Below, piece after piece: positions 19,943 to 28,780 of a stretch of DNA of 64,000 nucleotides. The stretch is taken from positions 864,001 through 928,000 of the forward strand of contig CAXWPJ010000009.1 of assembly GCA_963664115.2 (NCBI GenBank). Direction: 5' to 3'. The notes beneath the pieces are model-generated. The model was not told the origin of the DNA. It ran no database searches and saw nothing but the letters and a program-made list of their open reading frames with translations. A program made the translations under genes and the position numbers. Origin of the DNA: Terriglobia bacterium (GTDB lineage Bacteria; Acidobacteriota; Terriglobia; 20CM-2-55-15). The first letter of the stretch is position 1. Every line of letters begins with the position of its first letter.

Positions 19943-20277
19943 TTTCCGACCTTAGCCGATGCGTAGAACGATTCCGACACCCGCGCCGCCGTCGCTACAC
20001 TCTCTTCCAAAGCCCGGAGTCCGGCAGGTTCGAGCCGATAAAACCGCTTCGGCTTCCCACCCCGCTCGGCAGTGCCTGCGGCAACGCTCGACCTTACGTA
20101 TGCTTTGTTCTGCAAGCGGTCCAGCGTCACATAAACCGACCCCAGGTTGACCTGCCGGTCTGCCAGTTCGCAGACCTTGGAATAAATCGGCATGCCGTAG
20201 GCGTCTCCTTGAAGCGACATCACGGCGGTGAGTACAAGCTGTTCAAACTGTCCAAGAGAATCCGTTAACTTGGCCAT
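19918..20277 (-). CDS. PadR-family regulator (acidobacterial type)
   Basis: LGQFEQLVL..AYG..I...LGSVYVTLDRL..K...ERGGKPKRFY. Confidence 0.9.
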   Translation of the reverse strand: MAKLTDSLGQFEQLVLTAVMSLQGDAYGMPIYSKVCELADRQVNLGSVYVTLDRLQNKAYVRSSVAAGTAERGGKPKRFYRLEPAGLRALEESVATAARVSESFYASAKVGKWRPKRAK

Positions 20278-20292
20278 TAGTTTCACCTTATT

Positions 20293-20306
20293 TCTTACAT
20301 TGTAAG
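20293..20306. promoter_or_regulatory. Putative PadR operator
   Basis: cttaca-t-tgtaag dyad directly upstream of padR. Confidence 0.45.
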
Positions 20307-20440
20307 GGCGTTTGCAATATTGCGTTGTAAGTATGGACGTGTCAAGGAGAATCTCCCGTCTACAGATGGCAACGGCATGGGGGAACCGGCCGAAGGACGG
20401 TGGGCCCGATGCTAATTAATGCTCCCGATGCTAATGAATA

Positions 20441-20500
20441 GGTAACCTTCCGGTTACCTTTGGTAACCGGAAGGTTACCGAAAGTAACCGCAAGGTTACC
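20441..20500. repeat. Nested GGTAACC/GGTTACC palindrome array
   Basis: ggtaaccttccggttacc-ttt-ggtaaccggaaggttacc plus a third 18-bp unit. Confidence 0.85.
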
Positions 20501-20812
20501 CTTCACGCCCCTCCTCTAAGCGCCGTTTCAGCGCAAACCATTCATTCCTCACACAAATCGAAACTGACACGCAATGGCCGAGAGCTTGCCTTTAGCCCCC
20601 CGAGAGCGGGCAGGGCCTGGAGATTGGGTCCGGTACTTCGAAAAGCGTTCGATGAAGGTCGCAACAGAACCCCTGAAAGGGAACTCGGAACGATTGAAAG
20701 TCGTTCCGATCACTCAAAGGCGATTCCCTAAGATTCGAAACTCGCTGGGCAAGTCTTCCAACGCCTGCCCGCTCTCCAAAAACTGAAAACCAACTCTTAA
20801 AAGGAGGGATGA

Positions 20813-20986
20813 ATGGCTAAACACACGAATACGCGGACGGTTTACCGCGATTCGATCGATGGGCGCTTCATCACGCGAATCCAGGCCTAGAAGCGTCCCA
20901 AAACAACTGAAAAACAGAAACTAAAACTCGATCAATCGAAGCAAAGACCGGCAGCTTCAAATTCCAACAAAGGAGAAACGAATTGA
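20813..20986 (+). pseudogene. Small basic protein with in-frame TAG (or a 25-aa peptide)
   Basis: AAGGAGG SD; MAKHTNTRTVYRDSIDGRFITRIQA*KRPKTTEK...; final TGA overlaps the TTG of the next gene. Confidence 0.5.
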
Positions 20987-21672
20987 AACGGAAAATCCTG
21001 ACCGAAAGACGTGGATTCAAGAAACTGCGCCAGATGGCCGACTTTGTCCTGGCGAATCACAAACGTTTCGCACCGACTTCGCCAGCGGCAAAGGCGGTTC
21101 CCGCTGTCGTCGCGACGGTCAAGAAGCTGAAAACTCTAACGGCTTCACAAGGCTCTGTCGAAAACCGACTGCGCGAGCTGTCACGTACAAAGTCTGAAAC
21201 ACGCGGCGCCTTGCGTGAAGAAGTCGAATTTCTCTACCACACGGCAGGAGCTCTAGCCGCCGGAGATCCCGGCTTTGACGATCCGTTCCGGATGGCGTTG
21301 GGCGGGGATCAGAGGCTGGTCAACGACGCACGCTCCGCGGTTCAAGACGCAGTGCCCGTGGCAGCAGCGTTCATCAAGCACGCCATGCCTCCTGATTTTC
21401 TGGAGAACTTGAAAACGAGCATCCGGAAGTTCGAATCGGCCCGCGAGGAATACGCCAAGATCAAAACGGATCGCACCATGGGCCGCAAGGCCCTCCAGGA
21501 AAGCCTCCGTCAAGCCCTGGCGGCCGGCAAACGCTTCGACGCGATCATGCGCAATACCTTCCGCCACGATCGCCTCGCGCTTCAAGCCTGGAAAGACGCC
21601 TGCCGCGTGCCGCGGGGGCCCAAGCCACCACGGCCTGAGGTGGCTGATGCGTCAGAGGCGACTGACCAATAA
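20983..21672 (+). CDS. Hypothetical helical protein
   Basis: 229-aa ORF with AAGGAG SD. Confidence 0.7.
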   Translation: MKRKILTERRGFKKLRQMADFVLANHKRFAPTSPAAKAVPAVVATVKKLKTLTASQGSVENRLRELSRTKSETRGALREEVEFLYHTAGALAAGDPGFDDPFRMALGGDQRLVNDARSAVQDAVPVAAAFIKHAMPPDFLENLKTSIRKFESAREEYAKIKTDRTMGRKALQESLRQALAAGKRFDAIMRNTFRHDRLALQAWKDACRVPRGPKPPRPEVADASEATDQ

Positions 21673-21739
21673 CTGATTGCGCCCATCCGCGGACCTCATC
21701 AACTGTGGGGTCCGCGGCTTCGGGAGAGGAATACTGATC

Positions 21740-21919
21740 ATGGACAATCACAGCGACATCATGCGCGCCCTCGGACGCATTGAAGGAGAGCTTGTTGAGA
21801 TTCGGAAGCTTTCGGAGCGGGTTTCCAAGCTTGAGCAGTGGCAGTCGTGGCTGAGAGGCGGCTGGGCTGTTGTGACGGCGGCCGTAGGGTATCTGGTTTG
21901 GATGAGGTATGGGAAGTAA
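21740..21919 (+). CDS. Small coiled-coil + single-TM protein (holin-like)
   Basis: GAGGA SD; LGRIEGEL..LSERVSKLEQW then a TM segment; precedes a lysin-like gene. Confidence 0.6.
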   Translation: MDNHSDIMRALGRIEGELVEIRKLSERVSKLEQWQSWLRGGWAVVTAAVGYLVWMRYGK

Positions 21920-21979
21920 GAGCGGTCTCCCAGTACCGGGCGTCCCGACTCTTTAAGCGCACCCGAAGGAATCAACCCA

Positions 21980-22588
21980 ATGGATCCACCCGTCCTGTCT
22001 GAAATCATTCGCGCGATGCGGTCGAAATCGTACCGGGTATTCCGGAACGACAAGGGACACGACCTGAACATCGTCGGCATCCGGACCGCCGACAATCGCG
22101 CCAACACTTTCAACGACTGGCTCACCGTCTTCTATCGCTTCAAGCGCACCTGGAACTATTTCGCTTTCCCGGCCACCACAGACCCGGGAACCTACTACCG
22201 GAAGCACCCAATCAACGTCCGCGGAACCGCCATCATGCAGCCCGGCCAATACCCGGGCGCCTACAAGATCGGCCGCCACCGGCGATACAAAGCACTCCAG
22301 CAGAAAGGCCCGATCACGCTATTCCGTGATGCCGACCGAAACGAAACCATCGACACTATCGATACGATGGGTACCCCCCAAAGCGGCATCGACCGCATCA
22401 ACGGCATCAACATCCACCGCGCCAACGCCCACCACCCCAGCACCCAAGTAGGAAAATGGAGCGCCGGGTGCCAGGTTCTCCAAGACCCCGATCACTTCGC
22501 TTTTCTTCTTACGCTTGCGGAAAGGGGACGGGAGAAGTTTGGAAATTCGTTTACTTATACGTTAATTGAAGAAGGGGATTTGGGGTGA
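21980..22588 (+). CDS. Phage-type endolysin-like / L,D-transpeptidase-like protein
   Basis: LNIVGIR, TTDPG, PGQY, GINIH...WSAGCQV (H-x-S-x-G-C type catalytic pattern). Confidence 0.55.
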   Translation: MDPPVLSEIIRAMRSKSYRVFRNDKGHDLNIVGIRTADNRANTFNDWLTVFYRFKRTWNYFAFPATTDPGTYYRKHPINVRGTAIMQPGQYPGAYKIGRHRRYKALQQKGPITLFRDADRNETIDTIDTMGTPQSGIDRINGINIHRANAHHPSTQVGKWSAGCQVLQDPDHFAFLLTLAERGREKFGNSFTYTLIEEGDLG

Positions 22589-22791
22589 GGAGGGGAGGGG
22601 GCTGGACGCGATCCATAGCCGTGAAAGCTTGCGACATCAAGTCGGTCTTGACCGCACACACCAAGCCATGCCCCGCAATTCGTATGCCAGCCCGCGCAGG
22701 AAATTCACCTTTGGGACCTGACTAGGGCAGACATTCACTCTAGACTTAACCAGACGGAAACTCTAACAATTGAAGGCGGGGCTAATCCGAC

Positions 22792-23496
22792 ATGAAAACG
22801 GGAGATCTTGTCGATACACTCTCTTTCTTCTCCAACGAGATCGTCGGAACGCTCCTCCCGGGGTTTGTGCTCCTAACTGGCCTCAGAGTATTCCATTTTG
22901 GATTTGAGATTCCGTCTTGGATTCAAAGTGGCAATGGAATTTGGTTTGCAGTTGTGGTTGTCTTAGCCTTTAGTTACGTCGCGGGACACGGCCTATTGGC
23001 GCTTCGCAACATACTCATTCCCTACCTAGGAAGGTCAAGCGGAAAGCTGTACAAGAGTGCAGAAAACGGAGGTATGTACCGCGCCTTTTCTCTTCGCGTG
23101 CGGATGCTCGAAATACTTCGGAGCGGACGTTCCGTAGGCAAGGCGAACGATGATTTCCCTGATAATCTGAATTTTAATGATCGACGGAATTTAGCGATGT
23201 CACTATCAACTGAAGCGGCAGTTCTAGGTAGGCGTTTCATGTTTATTGCACTTTTCTCGTACGGCGTCGCCGTTGCACTCTTCGTCTTCGCGGTTTACGC
23301 GCCTTTGGTGTTGTTAATTAGGCCAGACTTGGCTGCGCTTTCCCTGAGCGCTCTTGCTGTCAGACTCGGAATATTTTTGTTAGTTCTCGTCGGATTGATA
23401 TTTTGGCACAGGGGCGAATCCTTTGAGAGGCGAGCGTACTCGGCTCCCTTTTCGGCGGCTCTGGCAGAGCTCTTGCACGGTAGGATAGAGCAGTGA
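22792..23496 (+). CDS. Four-TM hypothetical membrane protein
   Basis: Hydrophobic pairs at both ends (LLPG..., SYVAGH); GTGA overlap with the next gene. Confidence 0.7.
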   Translation: MKTGDLVDTLSFFSNEIVGTLLPGFVLLTGLRVFHFGFEIPSWIQSGNGIWFAVVVVLAFSYVAGHGLLALRNILIPYLGRSSGKLYKSAENGGMYRAFSLRVRMLEILRSGRSVGKANDDFPDNLNFNDRRNLAMSLSTEAAVLGRRFMFIALFSYGVAVALFVFAVYAPLVLLIRPDLAALSLSALAVRLGIFLLVLVGLIFWHRGESFERRAYSAPFSAALAELLHGRIEQ

Positions 23497-23891
23497 GAAT
23501 CAAGCCCCAATCAACGATCTATATGGCCGGTGGTTTCAGGAGCAACTGGCAAGAGCGCTTCCGCAAACTGGAACATTTCAAGTTTATAGATCCGAGTCAG
23601 CATGGCTTAAGAGACCCAGCGGAATACACCCAGTGGGATCTCGATGCAATACAGCGGTCGGACGTGCTGCTCGCGTACATGGAAAGGGATAATCCGGGTG
23701 GATACGCGCTTGCGCTAGAAATCGGATATGCGAAAGCGTTGGGTAAAACGATAATTTTGGTTGAGGATCCGGGGCAGCCGGAACGCTCCCGCTACTTCGA
23801 GATGGTACGTCAAGTTTCCGATTACTGCTTTGACAGCCCTGACCGGTGCGTTGAATTCCTCGAAGAACTAGCCTATACATCGGCACAGTAA
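23493..23891 (+). CDS. Nucleoside 2-deoxyribosyltransferase-like protein
   Basis: IYMAG, DLDAIQRSDVLLA, EIGYAKALGK. Confidence 0.82.
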   Translation: MRIKPQSTIYMAGGFRSNWQERFRKLEHFKFIDPSQHGLRDPAEYTQWDLDAIQRSDVLLAYMERDNPGGYALALEIGYAKALGKTIILVEDPGQPERSRYFEMVRQVSDYCFDSPDRCVEFLEELAYTSAQ

Positions 23892-24172
23892 AGAGCCGCT
23901 GCCAGCTATCTAGCCGCCACGAAAACCATCTAATCTGGTAAATTGGGCCACAAACCGGAACAGAACAGCACGCTAAAGTTTCCCGTTTGGAAATCGCGAA
24001 TTCTGCCGTCCTTCATCTGTAGCTGAAAAGGACGATATGGGAGTTAAGACGATACTGCAACCATGACGGAGACCGCTGCAATCGATAGGGGCCAAACAGC
24101 CATAGAAGTGGCCCCCAAAATTAGGACAGCGTTATAAGGTGGACTCTGCATAGATGAGAGGACCTAACGACG

Positions 24173-24454
24173 ATGGCGAAACGACGGAATTTTTCAGCAG
24201 ATTTCAAAGCGAAGGTAGCGCTGGCCGCGATGCGTGGCGACGGCACGATGGCCGAATTGGCGGCGCGGTACAAGATCCATCCGAACATGATCACGAAGTG
24301 GAAGCGTGATGCGCTTGATAGCGTTAAAGAAGGATTCCAGCGAGGCCGGGATCCATCGGCCCGGAACCACGAGGACGAGATCAAAGACCTGCAGGCCAAG
24401 ATCGGTGAACTGGTCGTGGAACGGGATTTTTTAGCACGAGCCTTCAATCGATGA
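24173..24454 (+). CDS. IS3 OrfA
   Basis: RRNFSADFKAKVAL, HTH, coiled coil. Confidence 0.9.
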   Translation: MAKRRNFSADFKAKVALAAMRGDGTMAELAARYKIHPNMITKWKRDALDSVKEGFQRGRDPSARNHEDEIKDLQAKIGELVVERDFLARAFNR

Positions 24455-25305
24455 GCTTGGGTCGAAGGCGCAAGGTGGTCGAACCGGGCCATGAGCAGCT
24501 CAGTGTGGTCCGGCAATGCGACTTGATCGGGTTGAGCCGTTCGAGTTGGTACTATCGGCCACGGGGTGAGAGTGATCGCAATCTGGACCTGATGCGCGTG
24601 ATCGACGAGGCGTATCTGAAGATGCCCTGGTATGGGTCCAGGCAGATGACGCGTCATCTGAAACGTCTCGGCTACGATGTGGGCCGGAAGCGGGTACGCC
24701 GACTAATGCGGTTGATGGGGCTGCGCTCGGTGGCACCGCAGCCGCAGACGTCCCGGAGAAACCCGGCTCATCCGGTGTACCCATATCTACTCAACGACAT
24801 TGCCGTGGAGCGGGCGAATCAAGCGTGGTCTACCGACGTGACGTATATCCCGATGGCGCACGGATTCTTATATCTGGTCGCGATCATGGACTGGCATACG
24901 CGGAAGGTGTTGTCCTGGCGGCTGTCCAACACCCAGGACACGACGTTTTGCCTTGAAGCCCTCGACGAGGCGATCGAGGAATACGGCAGTCCGGAAATCT
25001 TCAACACCGATCAGGGCAGCCAGTTCACCAGCAAGGCCTGGACGGACCGACTTAAAGAACGAGGTATCCGGATCTCCATGGACGGCAAGGGGCAATGGAT
25101 CGACAACGTTTTCATCGAACGCCTATGGCGCTCGATCAAATACGAATGCGTTTATCTAAACGCCTTCAGTGACTTCAAAGATGCCCGGCACCACATAGGT
25201 GTCTGGATGAACTATTACAATAACGACCGCCCGCATTCCAAACTCGACGATCTCACGCCGAGCGAAGCCTACGCGGGAACACGGCCACTGACCTCGGCAG
25301 CATAA
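24451..25305 (+). CDS. IS3 OrfB DDE transposase
   Basis: WSTDVTYI, NTDQGSQF, DNVFIERLWRSIKYE. Confidence 0.92.
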   Translation: MSLGRRRKVVEPGHEQLSVVRQCDLIGLSRSSWYYRPRGESDRNLDLMRVIDEAYLKMPWYGSRQMTRHLKRLGYDVGRKRVRRLMRLMGLRSVAPQPQTSRRNPAHPVYPYLLNDIAVERANQAWSTDVTYIPMAHGFLYLVAIMDWHTRKVLSWRLSNTQDTTFCLEALDEAIEEYGSPEIFNTDQGSQFTSKAWTDRLKERGIRISMDGKGQWIDNVFIERLWRSIKYECVYLNAFSDFKDARHHIGVWMNYYNNDRPHSKLDDLTPSEAYAGTRPLTSAA

Positions 25306-26881
25306 ACATGAACCGCGGAATCCACCTTAAATTGGCTGCCACGCTGTCCAACGTATGGGGTCCACCTCTCATCAAGCGCTTCACTTCCTCCCGCCCAATC
25401 GCTCTCGCCTTCGCCGATGGACTTATCGCCTCTGACCTAACAGTTTTCGACTACGGCTGCGGTCACGGGGCCGATGTCTTGTATCTCAAGAAGAGGAAAA
25501 TCAACGCTTCCGGATGGGATCCCGCCCACGATCCGAAATCGAAAATTCAAGAAGCGGACGTCGTCAATCTTGGCTATGTCCTCAATGTCATCGAAGATCC
25601 AGCCGAACGTCAAGAAACTCTCCGCAAGGCCTACGCCTTGGCGCGCCAAGTGCTGGTCGTCTCTGTCCGCGTGGATCGAACCATTGGCGAAACTATCGCT
25701 TTTTCCGACGGTCTTCTGACTACTAAAGGTACATTTCAGAAGCTCTACACTCAGGATGAGTTTCGCGAATATGTCGAAAGCGCCCTCAACCGGCGTATTC
25801 ATTTCGCTGGCTTGGGAATCGCCTACGTCTTCGTAGACGATGAAGCGGAATCTGCCTATATCGCTGGTGCAGCCTTCGCCAAGCGACTCGATTACCGAAC
25901 CGAATTAATCGAGTCTTTCTCAAAAGATGCAGTCGCCAAGCGACTCGTCAAGAAGACCTCGGAATTGGGGCGCTTACCTCTCCCTGAAGAGTTTCCTGGA
26001 TACAGAAAACTGCAGGACCGATTCGGATCACCACAGCGGATTCAGCGCTTAGTGATGCGTCAGATCGATCCGAAGGCGTATGACGGTTCTCAGTCAGAAA
26101 GGCGGAATGACATCCTCACCTACTACTCGATGATCCGACTCCAAGGCCTTAAGCCGCCGCCCGCCCTCAGCTTACCCGGCAATATCTACGCTGATATCAA
26201 AGCGATCTGGAAAGACTACAAAAGTGCACAAGCTGAAGCAGATCAGTTTCTCTTCAGCATAGGCAACGTGGATACCGTCAGCTCAGTATGTCAATCCGCA
26301 GGCATGGGAAAACTCGTGAATGACCATCTCTACCTTCACCGATCCGTCGAAGACGAGCTGCCTCCCTTGCTCCGACTGATCATCTTTGCCGGTAGGCGGA
26401 TCGTAGGCGACGTCGGCTACAACCTAATTAAACTGTGGCTTGATGGGCGCAAGGTCGCCTTCGTGCTGTACGACGACTTTGATAAGGATCCTCATCCCAC
26501 CCTTCAATACAGCGTTATGGCCTACCTCCCCAGGTCCGACTATGGGATCAGGAATTACACTGAATCGACCAATCCTCCAATATTGCATCGAAAAGAGACT
26601 TTCGTCCTAGATTCATACCCCTATTACGACAAGTTCCGGAAACTGACGAATCAGGAAGAACAGCTCGGCTTGCTGTCCAGATCAGACATTGGACACAAAG
26701 AAGGCTGGGAGGCTTTGCTGACAGAAAAAAAGGTTTCTATCAAGAACCATAAAGTGCTGGGATTTAGGAAGCTAAAGGCTGTAGCGACAGCCTGAGTGGA
26801 AGCAACGCTTCCGCGGACCCCGTCTGTCCCCTCAACTAATAGAATTCAAGGTGTCCTTACCTTTCGGATCGGATCATAACC

Positions 26882-27568
26882 ATGCTAGCCACCTCAACAA
26901 CTGACAGCTCGACTGAACAAAACGTAAACCTCTCTGCTAAGACAAGTTTTGGCCGCCACGAAACCTTTCATATCCGAGACGGATGGCTGGTCAAGGGAAT
27001 GGGGGCCGTCGGTAAGGCTGCGGATATTTTCGGAAAAACAGATGCCATAGACGTCTTAGGTGTCGGCCGGAATATGGTTGCGGCTATTCGCTACTGGCTG
27101 TCAGCGACAGGATTGATCGAAGAGATTCCCAAGAGCGGGCACCGGGGCCCCACACACTACAAATTAACTCCCCTTGCAAATCTGATTCTGGAGCAAGATC
27201 CCTATATCGAAGACGATGCCACCCTGTGGGTGCTCCACCTCAAACTTGCCACGAATTGGGAGGCAGCAACCTCCTGGTATTGGGCTTTTAATTGTTCCTC
27301 CCAATCAGAATTTTCGAAGGAAACATTTCAACGTCAACTTAGGCGATTCCTGGCGGATAGAGATTCCGAAGTTTCCACGAGTTCTGTTGAAAGGGACTTC
27401 AACTGCTTTGTAAGGACGTACGTGCCGACTCAGAAAATGGACGCTCATGCCCCATCTGAAGACACACTGGACTGCCCACTGGCAACGCTAGGTCTGATGC
27501 GGCGAGTTGGGGATTCTGCCCATTTTAGATTCTTGTTTGAGCACAAGGCGAACTTACCTAACCAACTA
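26882..27568 (+). pseudogene. DUF4007 (SspB-like) protein truncated by IS630
   Basis: SFGRHETFHIRDGWLVKG, LGVGRNMV.AIRYW, DPYIED, CPLATLGL; cut at CTAG 27566. Confidence 0.8.
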
Positions 27569-28778
27569 GTGGTCCCCGTTAAACAGACTGTAACTTATCA
27601 AGATTTCGCCGGCCGCGCTGGACTTTAGCAAGGATGTCGGAAGCCGTTGCAGTCCAGATGAAGGGTTTCGGGTCTTCATTGTGACGAGCGAGGTAGTCCT
27701 CCACGGCCTGGATCAACTCGGGGACCGAGCGGAAAACGCCACGCCGGAGTCGTTGCTCGGACAGATCCCGGAAAAAGCGCTCGACCATGTTGAGCCACGA
27801 CGCACTGGTTGGCGTGAAGTGCACATGAAAACGCTTGTTACGCTTGAGCCAGTTGACGACTTTCTGATGTTTGTGAGTCGCATAGTTGTCGCAAATAATG
27901 TGGATCTCCTTATCTTTCGGCATGGCGCGTTTGATCTGATTCAGAAACCGGATCCATTCCTGATGGCGATGCTTTGGCATGCAGGTTCCGATGACCGAAC
28001 CGTCCAGGATGTTGAGCGCGGCGAAAAGCGTGGTTGTCCCGTTACGTTTGTAATCGTGGGTCATGGTGCCACACCGCCCCTTCTTCAGAGGTAACCCGGG
28101 TTGCGTGCGGTCCAGGGCCTGCATCTGGCTCTTCTCATCGCAGGACAAGACAATGGCGTTTTCCGGTGGGCTCAGATGAAACCTATGAACCGAAGTATCC
28201 GAAAGCCACACTCTGCCTGCAGAAAGACAGAGAGGAACAGACCGACCACATCCTCCAGCTTTTCGGCGAATCGTTTGTCGTTGGATAGTTTGAAGGTTCG
28301 TGACAGATGAGGCTTCAGTCCATGGACCCGCCAGATTTTCCCGACCGTGGACTCGCTCACGCCAACGGCCTTCGCCATCGAGGCCCGACTCCAGTGCGTC
28401 GCGTTCGGGGGCTTCTCTTCCAGTGTCTTCTTGACGATCCGGGCTCGCTTCCGGCGACTGATCGTGGGAATCCGTCCGCTTCGCGGCGCATCCTTTTCGA
28501 TCCCAGCCAAGCCCTGTTCCACAAAACGATTGCGCCAGCGGCCCGCTTTCTGGCGCGTGATCTCCAAGCGGGCGGCGATCTCATAATTGTTCCGACCTTC
28601 AGCGGCCAGTAATACAATTCGGGATCGTTCCGCCAACCGGACCGATGTACTCCGGCTTCGACTCAGTCGCTCCAACTCCATCCGCTGCTTGTCATCCAAT
28701 TCAATGGTCGGTGCTTTCCTCATTCTCTATTGGACGTTGGAAAGCTATTTTAGTTACATTACTTCGAGCGGGGTACAC
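27569..28778 (-). mobile_element. IS630-family copy A, inactivated by a 59-bp insertion
   Basis: Same sequence as 53271-54421 plus an insert at 28178-28236; CTAG at both ends. Confidence 0.92.
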
Positions 28779-28780
28779 TA

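Larger units (their letters stand above)
24104..25369 (+). mobile_element. IS3-family element, 1266 bp, TSD cat
   Basis: Ends agaagtggccccc / ggggtccacctct; cat at 24101-24103 and 25370-25372. Confidence 0.9.
24063..26795 (+). pseudogene. DNA phosphorothioation-associated putative methyltransferase, interrupted by IS3 after codon 13 (remainder open as 25308-26795)
   Basis: Removing IS and TSD gives MTETAAIDRGQTAIKRFTSSRPI; FDYGCGHG, VNLGYVLNVIED, TFQKLY.Q, NPPILHRKETF. Confidence 0.8.

Noticed and set aside
8521-20986. Stop-codon recoding to explain the in-frame stops
   Set aside because: TAG, TAA and TGA all occur alongside frameshifts, and core genes terminate normally with all three codons.
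20983-22588. Intact prophage
   Set aside because: No integrase, terminase, capsid or tail genes in the window.
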